IMG/VR virus record: IMGVR_UViG_3300049617_000306
Direction: 5' to 3' (one strand)
DNA: 64,000 bases
Source of the DNA: a virus
A model generated the notes under the pieces. That model was not told the origin of the DNA. It made no database searches and was given only the letters and a program-made list of their open reading frames with translations. Positions 9,629-19,370 of this stretch are shown piece by piece; positions within the stretch are counted from its first letter, which is position 1; the number at the start of each line of letters is the position of its first letter. Position numbers and translations under genes: made by a program.

Positions 9629-10054
9629 ATGGAAAACGACAAGAACGCCCAGCTACTAGAAGAACTGCGCGACGAGCTGCGTATGCAGCGTCAGGCGCGA
9701 GAGCACCACGCGCGTCGTACGGTCCCCTGGTACGAGCGAGCCCCGTACAAGGAGATCATCGCGCACAGTGTCACGGCCTGTGTCGCCGTCACCATCGCGA
9801 TGCTTGTCCATCAGTGCACGGGCGCACCCGTGACCATCGAGGCCCAGAGCGCGCCGCCTACTCCGCCTGCGGTCTCGACTACTGCTACGCCCCAGGCAAC
9901 GACGTTCGCGTTCGCAGAGCCAGAGGCCACGCCCTCGGCCAGCGTGGTTGCGACCGCACCGCCGCTGTCGACGCACACGGCCAAGTCGAAGAAGCCCCAG
10001 CCGATACCCCCTGCGCCAGCCATGGCCGCCCCCACCACTCAGGACAAGGAGTAG
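9629..10054 (+). CDS. membrane protein with Pro/Ala-rich tail
   Basis: Single hydrophobic segment. Confidence 0.65.
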   Translation: MENDKNAQLLEELRDELRMQRQAREHHARRTVPWYERAPYKEIIAHSVTACVAVTIAMLVHQCTGAPVTIEAQSAPPTPPAVSTTATPQATTFAFAEPEATPSASVVATAPPLSTHTAKSKKPQPIPPAPAMAAPTTQDKE

Positions 10055-10057
10055 TTC

Positions 10058-10339
10058 ATGCGTTTCACCTTGCTCACGATCGTTCTTCTGCTGATGGCCT
10101 GCGGGGGCAGCACCTCGCTCGCCCCCATCGACCTGCGCGCGCAGACCAACCAGCAGAAGGCCGCCGAAGCCCAGATCTCACACCTGCAGGGCGTGCCTGA
10201 CGGCGGCTGCCTGTCTGCAGGAGACCTGGGGGCCATCGAAAGTCTCGCCGAGGCCATCTACTGCGGGGCCGGCGGTACTATCCAGCGCGCCGGACTGACC
10301 AGCACCGAGGACGCCGGAATCACATGCCCGTCACAGTAA
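10058..10339 (+). CDS. putative lipoprotein
   Basis: MRFTLLTIVLLLMA|C lipobox; AAGGAG SD. Confidence 0.7.
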   Translation: MRFTLLTIVLLLMACGGSTSLAPIDLRAQTNQQKAAEAQISHLQGVPDGGCLSAGDLGAIESLAEAIYCGAGGTIQRAGLTSTEDAGITCPSQ

Positions 10340-10599
10340 CGAGCATAGACGACCTGACCACGAAGCTGGCCCTCACCGGGGTCGGGTGGGACAAGCCCCG
10401 GTGGGACCGCTTCGTGAACGACCTCACGCCCCAAGAGCAGGCACTGGAAGCCCAGATGTACGCCGACTCGGCGGTGGGTCCCACCAAGAGCGCCTGGCAA
10501 GAAGCCATGAACATCCTGACAGTAGCTCTGGCCATCGCTGGCGCCGTGTCGGGCATCAGCGGGGCCATCAGCGCCGTGCAGGGCGTCATCAAGGGCTAG
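10324..10599 (+). CDS. hypothetical protein with C-terminal TM helix
   Basis: ORF track. Confidence 0.65.
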   Translation: MPVTVTSIDDLTTKLALTGVGWDKPRWDRFVNDLTPQEQALEAQMYADSAVGPTKSAWQEAMNILTVALAIAGAVSGISGAISAVQGVIKG

Positions 10600-10790
10600 T
10601 CGCTCTTCGACGGACGCAGCTCTACTTCTCCCCGGAGGTGCTTGAGCGGATGGCGCTCGAGCACCTCGGGCTGCTTCTTCTGCGGACGTAGTCGGCCCGG
10701 CTGATGATGCTCTCCGACGACGTAGTCCCTGGCGCGCAGCGACTGCTGTAGCTCACGCGCGGTGGCGCGAACAACCTTGATCTTGGGCAT
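10596..10790 (-). CDS. hypothetical basic protein
   Basis: AAGGAG SD before MPKIK. Confidence 0.55.
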   Translation of the reverse strand: MPKIKVVRATARELQQSLRARDYVVGEHHQPGRLRPQKKQPEVLERHPLKHLRGEVELRPSKSD

Positions 10791-10816
10791 GCTGTTCTCC
10801 TTCTTGCGAGCTGCAG

Positions 10817-12127
10817 TCACTGCAGCACGACCAAGTACTTGGACGCGCGTGTGATTGCTGTGTAAAGGGCTCTCTTCTTCGTGTCGAAGTCCATCGCCCT
10901 CGGCACGTCGTTGACGACGATCACGTGTTCGTAGCTTGAGCCTTGCGCCTTGTGAATCGTCATGGCGTAGCCGTAATCCATCAGCAGCCCGATGCTGTCC
11001 CAGTTATGCACGCGCCGACCGGTGAGCCGCAGGTAGTCATTGAAGTCCTTGATGGTGCCGGGCTGTCCGAACTGTGCTCGGCAGATGGGGCCCTCCACCT
11101 CGATCTCTTCGTCCTCGAAGAGGACCTTGCCGTAGTAGTTGTACTTCGTCTCGTAAGCGGGATCGAGGTGCGTGATGATGCCGCGCATTCCGTTGAAGAT
11201 GTGACCTTCGACGTTCTTCAGCAGGATGACCTGGTCACCCACCAGTGGGCCAGAGAAGACCGTCTTACCCCAGCGTGCGGTTCGCGCCAGGTCGTTGAGC
11301 GCGATGCGCTCTCGGTTGGTGAATACTAGCAAGCCCACGTCGTCGTAGCGCAGGCCCTTGTGGCCGAAGAGCGAGAAGACCACGTCGTGGAGCTGGTCGT
11401 AGGGAAGGACCTGCACTTCGTGGCCATCCGCGCAGAACCGGGGGATCTGTCCGGTACGACGCACGAGCGCGGACAGCGCCAGTATCGGGCTGTCCGCGGC
11501 CTGTCGGTGGATGGTCTCGAGCTTGTAGTCCGGGTTCTTCATCAGGTTGAAGTTGCCGGTGATGGGCGGCAGCTGCCCGTGGTCACCCACTGCCAGGATG
11601 GGAACGCCGTGGGCCTGCAGGTCGTCGAAGAGCGTCTTGTCGAGCATCGAGGCCTCGTCCACGACGATCAGGCTGTAGCTGTCGAGGTCGTAGCGCCGCT
11701 TCCACTCGACAAGAGCACCCGTCTTCGAGTCGGTGATCGGACGGTACAGGAGCGAGTGAAGAGTGCTGGTTTCATGCGCGAAGGCAACCACGCCAGCTTC
11801 AGCGAACTTCTTGCGAAGCACACTGGTCGCCTTGCCCGTGAGCGCGCAGAAGGCAACGCTCTCATCTCGGTAGTGGTGGGCCAGTACCGAGATGAGCGTG
11901 CTCTTGCCCACGCCAGCGTAGCCTCCGACCGTGAGCACGCCGCTGTCACCGCGGCGCTCGTACCAGCTGACGACGGCCTCGAACACCTCGCGCTGCTCCT
12001 TGCTCAGCGTGTTCTCGGCCATCTGTCCGCCCATCTGACGCTCGATGTCCGCGAGCAGCTCTTCTTCCTTCTTCACGAGCTTGGGTACGCGCGTGAACTT
12101 GTACGGGCTGCCTTCCTTCTTCTCCAT
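10817..12127 (-). CDS. RecD-like / Dda-like SF1B DNA helicase
   Basis: GYAGVGKST (Walker A), IVVDEASM, GDHGQLPP, HRQA, NG.RG, YAMTIHKAQGS, LYTAITRA. Confidence 0.92.
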   Translation of the reverse strand: MEKKEGSPYKFTRVPKLVKKEEELLADIERQMGGQMAENTLSKEQREVFEAVVSWYERRGDSGVLTVGGYAGVGKSTLISVLAHHYRDESVAFCALTGKATSVLRKKFAEAGVVAFAHETSTLHSLLYRPITDSKTGALVEWKRRYDLDSYSLIVVDEASMLDKTLFDDLQAHGVPILAVGDHGQLPPITGNFNLMKNPDYKLETIHRQAADSPILALSALVRRTGQIPRFCADGHEVQVLPYDQLHDVVFSLFGHKGLRYDDVGLLVFTNRERIALNDLARTARWGKTVFSGPLVGDQVILLKNVEGHIFNGMRGIITHLDPAYETKYNYYGKVLFEDEEIEVEGPICRAQFGQPGTIKDFNDYLRLTGRRVHNWDSIGLLMDYGYAMTIHKAQGSSYEHVIVVNDVPRAMDFDTKKRALYTAITRASKYLVVLQ

Positions 12128-12277
12128 CAGGCAGGCCTCCTGCTCTCCAGGAAGTACAAGGTTTCGGTCCGCAGCTCGAGGTCAATGTCCATCTCGCGAT
12201 AGCGCAGAGGCATCGCGGCGACCCTGGCCACTAGCTGCACCGGCGGTATGCGGCCGACCGCGTAGACGTAGAAGCGC

Positions 12278-12631
12278 TCAACTTCCAGTTGCTTTAGACC
12301 CAGCGGCGTTGTGCTTCTTCCGCTCCTCATCTTCCTTCTTCCTCTCCTTGAGCTCCTCGACCATGTTTAGGTAGCGGGCGACGGTGAGATCGTCGAACCG
12401 CGACATCTCCGACTCAGCCATCTCCACCTTGTCCGTGCTGCGGCCGTACCGCACGTTTACGAGTGAGGCCATGCCGCGCCGGTCGAGAAACGCGATGATG
12501 TTCTGCAGATGGGACGTCGTCATCTCCTCGATGAGCGTGCGCCGCTTGTCCTTGGACACCCAGAAGTACTCTTCCCCGTCGTACTCTTCGCCGGGGTCCT
12601 GGTCGTTGAGAATCTCAGCCATCTCTCCCAT
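12278..12631 (-). CDS. conserved phage hypothetical protein
   Basis: W..KD....IEEMTTSHLQNII pattern common in phage proteins. Confidence 0.65.
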   Translation of the reverse strand: MGEMAEILNDQDPGEEYDGEEYFWVSKDKRRTLIEEMTTSHLQNIIAFLDRRGMASLVNVRYGRSTDKVEMAESEMSRFDDLTVARYLNMVEELKERKKEDEERKKHNAAGSKATGS

Positions 12632-13077
12632 CAGCTTTTCCCCAAAACGGGGCCTCCTGGCAGCAGCAGTCCGCGCAGCTGTTCGATGCGTTCGAACAGC
12701 TTCTCCATGAGGACCATGGTGGTCATCCCCTCGCCGCTCAGGGGCGACAGGTGGTCGTAGAGCTCCTCGAGCAGGCGACACCCGAACTCCAAGTCGCTCG
12801 CGTACGGCGGGAAGTTACCGGGCGAGTAGAGGTTGAGCGTCTTGCGCAGCTCGTCGTAGCTGTCGGTGAAGACACCGGTCTCTCCCTCCTTCACCGCCTT
12901 CCACGCTGCGTTAGCCACCCGCGATGCGATGCGGTAGCTACGCATCAAGCAGACGATGTTCTCACCGGCCTTCGCAGTTCCCTCGCGCATGATGTACGCG
13001 GCCACCTCGGCATCGGTCATCCGTTCCAGCAGCTGGATCTCGCTATCCGGCATGTATGTCTTCCTCTTCGCGCTCAT
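12631..13077 (-). CDS. hypothetical protein
   Basis: ORF track, coupled. Confidence 0.65.
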   Translation of the reverse strand: MSAKRKTYMPDSEIQLLERMTDAEVAAYIMREGTAKAGENIVCLMRSYRIASRVANAAWKAVKEGETGVFTDSYDELRKTLNLYSPGNFPPYASDLEFGCRLLEELYDHLSPLSGEGMTTMVLMEKLFERIEQLRGLLLPGGPVLGKS

Positions 13078-13092
13078 GAGCCTTCAAGTTCA

Positions 13093-13120
13093 GCTAAAAG
13101 AAGGGCCGCGAGCGCCCTTC
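13093..13120 (-). terminator. hairpin + T-tract + TAGC
   Basis: GAAGGGC-GCTCGCG-GCCCTTC-TTTTAGC. Confidence 0.7.
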
Positions 13121-13124
13121 AGAA

Positions 13125-13658
13125 CTACCTCGTAGCAACCTCGAAACAGGACGTGTGCCACACTTCTCCGCGGCTCCACATCCCGTACCTCCCGTAGACG
13201 AGCTTCTCTGCGCAGCCCGGGCAGTACGCAGGCTCGAGCACCGTGCTGAGCCGGGCATCGGAGTCAGGCGCCACCCGGCGGGTACCAGGCACCGTGGGTT
13301 GAGGCGGAGGGGCAGCGGGCTGCTCGACATCGACGTCCCAGGGCTCGGTACCAGCCGGATAGGTTGGCGGCCGCGGAGGCCGCGGCCTTTTGGCCTCCCG
13401 GACCCTTGCCTCTCTGGCACGACGGTGTGCTGCCTTCTCGACCATATCGGCCAGGAAGTCTTCGAACGACTTGGCCTTGGTCGGAGCCTCCTCTTCTTGC
13501 GACACCGTCTCGGCTTCTGGCGGAGGAGGGTCGATGAGCTCGTGCTTCTCTATGAGGCGGCACGCCTTCACGGCCATGCTGCGCGCCTCATTCACGTTCG
13601 CCGCCGGGTCGTTGACGAAGGCGATGAGCTTGAGCACCGTGGCGCGCGGGTTCTCCAT
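13125..13658 (-). CDS. protein with DUF2786-like N-terminal domain
   Basis: KLIAFVNDPAANVNEARSMAVKACRLIEKH. Confidence 0.55.
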   Translation of the reverse strand: MENPRATVLKLIAFVNDPAANVNEARSMAVKACRLIEKHELIDPPPPEAETVSQEEEAPTKAKSFEDFLADMVEKAAHRRAREARVREAKRPRPPRPPTYPAGTEPWDVDVEQPAAPPPQPTVPGTRRVAPDSDARLSTVLEPAYCPGCAEKLVYGRYGMWSRGEVWHTSCFEVATR

Positions 13659-13662
13659 CGAC

Positions 13663-14199
13663 CTACTGCAGCTGGAGCTGCATCGTCTGCTTGAGGATCT
13701 CCGACAGAGCTCGCAGTGTCTCGGGGATGAGGCAGTCGCTGCCGGGCTTGTGTGTCTTTTCGTGCGCGTCCGCTTCCTTGAGGATCTCTTCGACCGCGGT
13801 CGCGAGCTCCGACGCGCTGAATCCCTGTATCAAGCTGCTGGCCTGCTTGCGCGCCTCGACCCGGAAGCCCTCGATGTCCGTGGCTTTGCCGGCGTATCTG
13901 AAGCGCGACACCAGCTCGTCGGTGCGCGGGCTCATCGCACTGGGCGCATGCTGCTGCGGCTGCGCCCCCAGGTTCTGCAAGATCTCGACGATCGGGTTCT
14001 GCTGCGACTCGCTGAGCTGGCCGAGTAGCACCACGCCGTTCTTCTCGTCGCTGAGCTGCACGGCGTAGCCCGCCGCGTGCATCTCGTTCATTGCATCCTC
14101 GATCTTCGCGGCGTAGGCCTTGATGTCCTTGGGCCGGGGGACACCGATGACGCGGTACTTCTTCTTGTGACCTGCGGGGGCGTTGTTCTTCTTGATCAT
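13663..14199 (-). CDS. hypothetical protein
   Basis: Start reassigned to MIKKNN. Confidence 0.65.
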   Translation of the reverse strand: MIKKNNAPAGHKKKYRVIGVPRPKDIKAYAAKIEDAMNEMHAAGYAVQLSDEKNGVVLLGQLSESQQNPIVEILQNLGAQPQQHAPSAMSPRTDELVSRFRYAGKATDIEGFRVEARKQASSLIQGFSASELATAVEEILKEADAHEKTHKPGSDCLIPETLRALSEILKQTMQLQLQ

Positions 14200-14206
14200 G
14201 GTGCTC

Positions 14207-14551
14207 TCACTGGGGCGACTGCCCGTCCTGGGGTGGGAACCTAAAGTACTTCTTCGCAGCGGCAACGGACATGGGCTTGTTCGCCCACCGCCAGACGCGT
14301 TCGTAGGCGCTGTTGGCTGGGTCACTGAGCATGTGCGCGTCGAGCGTGATGCTCGCACCGCGCACATCCATGGGTCCCATGATGATGCTGTAGATGAAGA
14401 GCAGGCCGTCCCTACAGGGAGCTGCGAAGGGCGGCGGTTCGGGGGTGAAGCGCCCGCCGCATCTTTCGGCGGCCGACTCGAAGAAGGTGCTGTCGATGTC
14501 GAGGAACTCGGCGTCGAGCCCCATGACGCGAACGTGGACCACAGTACTCAT
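14207..14551 (-). CDS. hypothetical protein
   Basis: GGGAG SD and GGGATAAG motif upstream. Confidence 0.65.
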   Translation of the reverse strand: MSTVVHVRVMGLDAEFLDIDSTFFESAAERCGGRFTPEPPPFAAPCRDGLLFIYSIIMGPMDVRGASITLDAHMLSDPANSAYERVWRWANKPMSVAAAKKYFRFPPQDGQSPQ

Positions 14552-14573
14552 GGGAAGGGTCTCCCTCGTACTT

Positions 14574-14581
14574 CTTATCCC
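14574..14581 (-). promoter_or_regulatory. GGGATAAG motif
   Basis: Intergenic, oriented to the downstream start. Confidence 0.65.
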
Positions 14582-14596
14582 ACCCACGCGCGGATT

Positions 14597-15310
14597 CTAG
14601 TAGCTTGGATCTTCGCTGTCGCTATCGCTGTACTCGACCAGCACCCCGGGTGTCGAGTAGACGTCGTCGCCAGCGTTGGCCGCGAACACGTCCCGTCGCC
14701 GGTACTCAGCAGGGCGACCCACGCTCATCACGTTGCGCGGCGTGAGCTTCTTGATGTGCCTACGCACGGTATCCGGGTCGAGGTCGAGACCCTCGCAGAT
14801 GGCGACGAAGCTGGTGATGTACTTGCCGCCGCGCATACGCTGCTGCCAGTCGCTGGAACCAGGCACCTCAAGGAACAACCAGCGGTAGGCCTGGTCAGCC
14901 AGGACCTTCTGCACCATCCTCCGGCTGCCTTTATATAAAACCCAGTCGTAGGCAGCCCTGCGGATGATCTCGAGTAGCAGCGTCTTGCAGCCATTGATGG
15001 TCTGGAGGGCGAGCTCCTCGTCCTCGGGGTCGCTCACTTCAAAGCGCAGGTCCTCCTCCGGGTCCCAGGCCGAAGGGGGCTCCGGCGCAGGCGGAGGGGG
15101 CGCGGGGATGCGCAGCACGAGCAGCTTGCCCATCTTCGCGGGGGGCTGGCTTGGCTGCTTCTTGGGCAGCAGCTTCTCGGCACGAGACAGGGCACCGCGC
15201 GCCTCCGCTACGAGCCTGGCAGGGGGTGCGGGGGGCGCCGGCGGGTTCGGTACCACAACGGGCGCACGCGCGATTCGGCACAAGGCCAGGTGGATGACGG
15301 GTGCCAGCAT
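14597..15310 (-). CDS. putative transcription regulator-like protein
   Basis: LLLEIIRRAAYDW...AYRWLF...SFVAICEGLDLDPDTVR pattern (HTH-like C-terminus). Confidence 0.5.
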   Translation of the reverse strand: MLAPVIHLALCRIARAPVVVPNPPAPPAPPARLVAEARGALSRAEKLLPKKQPSQPPAKMGKLLVLRIPAPPPPAPEPPSAWDPEEDLRFEVSDPEDEELALQTINGCKTLLLEIIRRAAYDWVLYKGSRRMVQKVLADQAYRWLFLEVPGSSDWQQRMRGGKYITSFVAICEGLDLDPDTVRRHIKKLTPRNVMSVGRPAEYRRRDVFAANAGDDVYSTPGVLVEYSDSDSEDPSY

Positions 15311-16194
15311 CACGGGTTGACCGTGACCGAGAGCACCCCGTTCGTAATCCCGGGGTCGGGTATGTGGATGATGCTCTGGTCGCAGCGCGTGATGGTGAGC
15401 GTCGCGGTGCCTGGCCCCATCGCCACCAGAACTAGGCCCGCGTTGTTGATGTTCCAGCTGAGGACGTTGGGGTCGCTCGAGAGGAAGCGAATCTGCCCAC
15501 CGCCCAGGCCCAGGTCTTCCCCGTCGCTTGCGTAGACGGTGAGGCCCACGTTCAGCTGGGTGCCCGCCGTCATGGTGTAGGGGCCCGGCGGGTCGAGCTC
15601 GACCAGGCTCACGATGGGGAAGATGAGGTCCGCCAGGTTGACGTTGGGCGCGTCGGGCACCTTGATGTGCCGCACCACATCTTCTTCTCCCTGTATGGTC
15701 ACGTCGAAGTGGCCGTTGCGGATCAGATTGAGCTGCATGTAGCCGGTGGCATCCGACCAGGCGACGACCCTCTCGGAGAGCACGGCGTTGCCGTCGAGCC
15801 ACACCGGGTCGAACTTCGCGATGAAGTGAGCCTCGACGTATGCCTGTGGGGCGCCCGTCACATCCCGGAAATAGCCGTAGGCTGTGCATAGCCTCGAGTC
15901 GAGGGGCACCGGTGGCATGAGTAGCTGGGCTGCGACCTGGAAGGTGTTGTTGGCAGGCGCCGGTTCCACGACGATGAGCTGCGGGTTCGTGAATCCGACC
16001 TGGAACTGGTACATCCGCAGCTGGTAGGTCGTGCTGTCTGGCAGGTCGAAGCTGGCCAGGCCGTTGTTGTTGGTAGTCGCCTGCGCGATGAAGGTAGTGC
16101 CGTCCGAGGACAGCACACGCACATTCACCCCGGACACCGGGTTCTGCTGCGGTGTGGTGTCGAGGACGTAGACGTCGACGGTTGCGATGGTCAC
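15310..16194 (-). CDS. virion structural protein, beta-sandwich/Ig-like domains
   Basis: Carboxypeptidase-regulatory-like N-terminus; Big-2-like 'SSDPNV...GPGTATLTI'. Confidence 0.6.
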   Translation of the reverse strand: MTIATVDVYVLDTTPQQNPVSGVNVRVLSSDGTTFIAQATTNNNGLASFDLPDSTTYQLRMYQFQVGFTNPQLIVVEPAPANNTFQVAAQLLMPPVPLDSRLCTAYGYFRDVTGAPQAYVEAHFIAKFDPVWLDGNAVLSERVVAWSDATGYMQLNLIRNGHFDVTIQGEEDVVRHIKVPDAPNVNLADLIFPIVSLVELDPPGPYTMTAGTQLNVGLTVYASDGEDLGLGGGQIRFLSSDPNVLSWNINNAGLVLVAMGPGTATLTITRCDQSIIHIPDPGITNGVLSVTVNP

Positions 16195-17210
16195 AGCGTT
16201 CTCCTCACCGCGTACGGGATGTTCGGGACAACGACCGTGAACAAATCGTTCTGGCCGTTGTCTGCCGACAGCAGGTTGATGGAGGGGACGGTGGTGTCCG
16301 TCGGCACCTGCACGTCACGCGCGAGCGGGGTGCCGCCGATCGACACCGTGACCAGGGCCCCGCGGGCCAGCAGCAGCTCGGCGTGTCCGTGCTGGTCAGT
16401 CAGCAGCCGCTGGGCGCTGCCCACGACCGCGGCGCCCTCGATGAGGGTGCCATTGAACTGGTTGTAGACCAGGACTTCCTGGTTCACGGCGGGGGCGCCC
16501 GTCACATCGACCAGACGCACGTAGCCGCGGCAGAGCGCTGTGGGGCTGAGGCCGGCGACCACTGCGCCTTGGAAGGGGTCGGAGTACTGGCTCACCGTGC
16601 GGGTGAAGCTGTTGAAGAAGCGCGCGCGGTAGTAGTACTCCGGCGAGCCATTGGCATCGACGAAGCCATACTGTTCCTGCCCGAGGATCAGCACGATGCG
16701 CGCGTCCAGTCCGAAGGCTACGGAATTGGGTTCCTGGGTCGCCAGACCGAGAAGCGGCGCCGCGTCCCCGCCCGTGCAGCGGAGAACGACCTTGGCACCG
16801 ACTTCCACGGTCTGGACGACGAGGATGTCACTGTTGACGTACGCGGTGAGCAGGCCGTTGCTCTGCTCCTGGATCTGCGTGGCCGCTTCACCGAAGGTGA
16901 ACGGGTTGTTGCCCGTGAAGGTCGTAGTGACCGGCGTCTGCTCGTTGATGAGCAACGTGAGGTCCGTGCCCTGAAGCGCCACCGGTGGACCATCCTGCGA
17001 GGAAGCGGGTGGCGCGGGTGCGCCCGGCGGCAGGACTGCAGGGGACCAGGAGTCCCCGTGCAGCGGTTCGTACGGCCCCTCGGGCGTGCCACGGGAGCGC
17101 CAGACCTCGATGCGGTCGAAGAGCCCCTGCCAGGAGCGCCCGCTCACGAAGAAGTCGAGCTGGAAGCGCTCGCGAGTGGCCACCGTGGGGGCCGTACGAA
17201 GGATGATCAT
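16191..17210 (-). CDS. virion structural protein, partly paralogous to 15310-16194
   Basis: Shared LC..Y...DVTGAP segment and VP..P..NL C-terminal motif. Confidence 0.6.
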   Translation of the reverse strand: MIILRTAPTVATRERFQLDFFVSGRSWQGLFDRIEVWRSRGTPEGPYEPLHGDSWSPAVLPPGAPAPPASSQDGPPVALQGTDLTLLINEQTPVTTTFTGNNPFTFGEAATQIQEQSNGLLTAYVNSDILVVQTVEVGAKVVLRCTGGDAAPLLGLATQEPNSVAFGLDARIVLILGQEQYGFVDANGSPEYYYRARFFNSFTRTVSQYSDPFQGAVVAGLSPTALCRGYVRLVDVTGAPAVNQEVLVYNQFNGTLIEGAAVVGSAQRLLTDQHGHAELLLARGALVTVSIGGTPLARDVQVPTDTTVPSINLLSADNGQNDLFTVVVPNIPYAVRRTL

Positions 17211-17212
17211 CG

Positions 17213-17557
17213 TCAGTTCTCGGGTTCTGCGAAGACCTGCGCAGGAGCTGGCGGGGCTACCGCAGTGGCGGGCACCTGCTGGGCGGGGCGGTTGATGGTG
17301 CCGTCCGCCTTGACGCTCGTGCGGTTGATGTCGACCCCGTACTTCGCGGACAGGGCCTGGCGCTCCTTCTCCATGTCCGCCTGCAGCGCCTTCATCTGCT
17401 CGACGATCACAGCCTTCTGGATGTCGAGCCCCTTCACCTGCAGCTCGAGGTTGACGAGCTTGAGGTAGATGACCTCGATGCGGAGGCGCTCTGCCTCCTC
17501 GAGCTGTGCGCCGAGCGCGGTGGCCTTCTCTTGTTCTGTCATGAGCACTCCGTTCAT
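17213..17557 (-). CDS. coiled-coil hypothetical protein
   Basis: ORF track. Confidence 0.65.
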   Translation of the reverse strand: MNGVLMTEQEKATALGAQLEEAERLRIEVIYLKLVNLELQVKGLDIQKAVIVEQMKALQADMEKERQALSAKYGVDINRTSVKADGTINRPAQQVPATAVAPPAPAQVFAEPEN

Positions 17558-17769
17558 CCTGTCAGGAAGTCGTTGATAGAGGAAACCACGAGGTCGGAAG
17601 CGGCGTCGACGCCCGTCTGAGCGAGGCGGTTCGAGCCGCTCCGGCCTTGCAGGATTGCCTGCAGTGTGGCGACCTGGTTGTTGAGCGTGTTCGTGCGACT
17701 GGTGGCCCAGGCCTTGGTGGCCGCGACCAGTGCGTTCAGTCGGGCGTTGCGAGCCGTAGTGTCCGCCAT
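17554..17769 (-). CDS. small hypothetical protein, probably leaderless
   Basis: MADTTARN...; TACAAT ends 7 nt upstream, no SD. Confidence 0.6.
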   Translation of the reverse strand: MADTTARNARLNALVAATKAWATSRTNTLNNQVATLQAILQGRSGSNRLAQTGVDAASDLVVSSINDFLTG

Positions 17770-17791
17770 GTGGCGGATTGTACCTGCACTT

Positions 17792-18934
17792 CTAGGTGGC
17801 GACCAGAGCCGCCGCAAGTAGCTTGCCGGCCTCACGCTGCAGCTCGAGCCGACGGTCCGTATCGTCGGCCTTGGAGGCGAGCGCCGACAGCGCGCTCGAA
17901 GCCCAGTACCGATTGGGGGTGGGAGCGCCGTCCGGGGCGTAGGAGATGGGGGGCAGGTCGATGATGCTTTCCCCCTTCTTGTCGAGCACCTGCTGCAGCC
18001 AGTCCAGGTCCCCCTTACCGACCACATCCCGCAAGCGGGAGCGCAGCTGGGCCCAGGGGATGGCCTCCTCGTGCGCAGCGCGAATGGCCGTGAGAAGCCG
18101 GCCCACGGTCTTCTCGGCGAGGTACTCCTTCACGTGGTCGCGCACAGCCCCCTGCTGGGCCTCGACCTCCTTGCGCGCCGTGGCATCGGACATCTCGATG
18201 TCGGACTCTTCGATGACGGAGCCGATGTGGGCACGGCTCAAGCCCTCATCGAGGACCGCGGCCGTGCCGGTAGTCACGCGCCACACCGTCTGCAGTACCT
18301 TCAGCTTGCCCGAGCCGAAGTCGCTGTTGCTCCACTCCACCCCAGTGCAGATGTACTCCCCGGGGAAGGCTTCGAAGACCGTCGGCAGCAGGCACTTCAG
18401 GGCGTTGCGCACCGGGGAGCTCGAGGCCTCGACGGGCCTAGCCCCCTCGATGACGCACTGGTCGATGAACGCCCTGAGCAGAGGAGCGCTCGCCAGATGG
18501 CGGTTGAAACGGCGGGAGAGAAACCCCCGCAGCTCGTTGCCCACGATGCGGTGGAGGAAGCGGGTGGGTTCACCGCCGCGCTCCACCCAGTCCGGGGACG
18601 AGAAGAGGGACTCGAGGTTGTAGGCCAGGAGGTCCTTCTTCCAGCTGTCCTTTCCGGCAAGCAGCAGGTCCACGTAGGACATGGGCAGCTTCACCTTGGA
18701 GCAGAGCTGGTTGAGCGCGTGCCGGTGGATAGAACAAACCAGCTCACCGGCGTAGCGAATCTTCACCCCCGTGCTGTCGACGGGGAAGTCCATCGACTTG
18801 GGGGGCACCAGCTTGTCGACGATTACGGTCTTGGCCACGGTGTCGAGCAGCATCTGCTCCTGCTGCGCGCCGAGCGAGAACCGCCGCTCCATGCGATCGA
18901 CAGCCTCGTTGTAGCGTTCCTTCGCGTCCTTCAT
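17792..18934 (-). CDS. DUF932-like phage protein
   Basis: HALNQLC...P..Y...LLAYNL...LRGFLSRRF...NSDFG.G. Confidence 0.55.
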   Translation of the reverse strand: MKDAKERYNEAVDRMERRFSLGAQQEQMLLDTVAKTVIVDKLVPPKSMDFPVDSTGVKIRYAGELVCSIHRHALNQLCSKVKLPMSYVDLLLAGKDSWKKDLLAYNLESLFSSPDWVERGGEPTRFLHRIVGNELRGFLSRRFNRHLASAPLLRAFIDQCVIEGARPVEASSSPVRNALKCLLPTVFEAFPGEYICTGVEWSNSDFGSGKLKVLQTVWRVTTGTAAVLDEGLSRAHIGSVIEESDIEMSDATARKEVEAQQGAVRDHVKEYLAEKTVGRLLTAIRAAHEEAIPWAQLRSRLRDVVGKGDLDWLQQVLDKKGESIIDLPPISYAPDGAPTPNRYWASSALSALASKADDTDRRLELQREAGKLLAAALVAT

Positions 18935-18950
18935 CCGTTGTTCCTCCCTA

Positions 18951-19370
18951 CTAGGGGTGCAGCTGTTTCGACTGGAACCGACCGGCGCCGTTGGGCCTAC
19001 TGTTGAGCGCAGTAGCCTTGCATGCGGCATCGACCTGACTCATGGGCTTGAACGGATGCCAGCGACCCTTCCAGGTGTCGAAGACACCGTACTGCTTTTC
19101 CTGTTCCGGCATCGGTAGCGTGCGCCTGTAGCGCTTCGCGATATCGCCGCCGTCGCAGATGGACAGGACAAGCAACTGCTTGAAGGCACAGGCGTCTTCC
19201 TCGTGGGCGAAGAACGCGATGTAGCCGTCGTTGCCGTCGGAGACGGCCCACCAGCCCTCGGGCCAGACCGCCTGTGTGTCAGGCTCCGCCCCGTCGCGGT
19301 CCATCGGGCTGTCGATGGCGATCTCGTCAACGACCTCGGAGTAGTCCTTAGTCCTTGTCTTCTTCGGCAT
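18951..19370 (-). CDS. hypothetical protein
   Basis: Start at MPKKTR. Confidence 0.6.
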   Translation of the reverse strand: MPKKTRTKDYSEVVDEIAIDSPMDRDGAEPDTQAVWPEGWWAVSDGNDGYIAFFAHEEDACAFKQLLVLSICDGGDIAKRYRRTLPMPEQEKQYGVFDTWKGRWHPFKPMSQVDAACKATALNSRPNGAGRFQSKQLHP

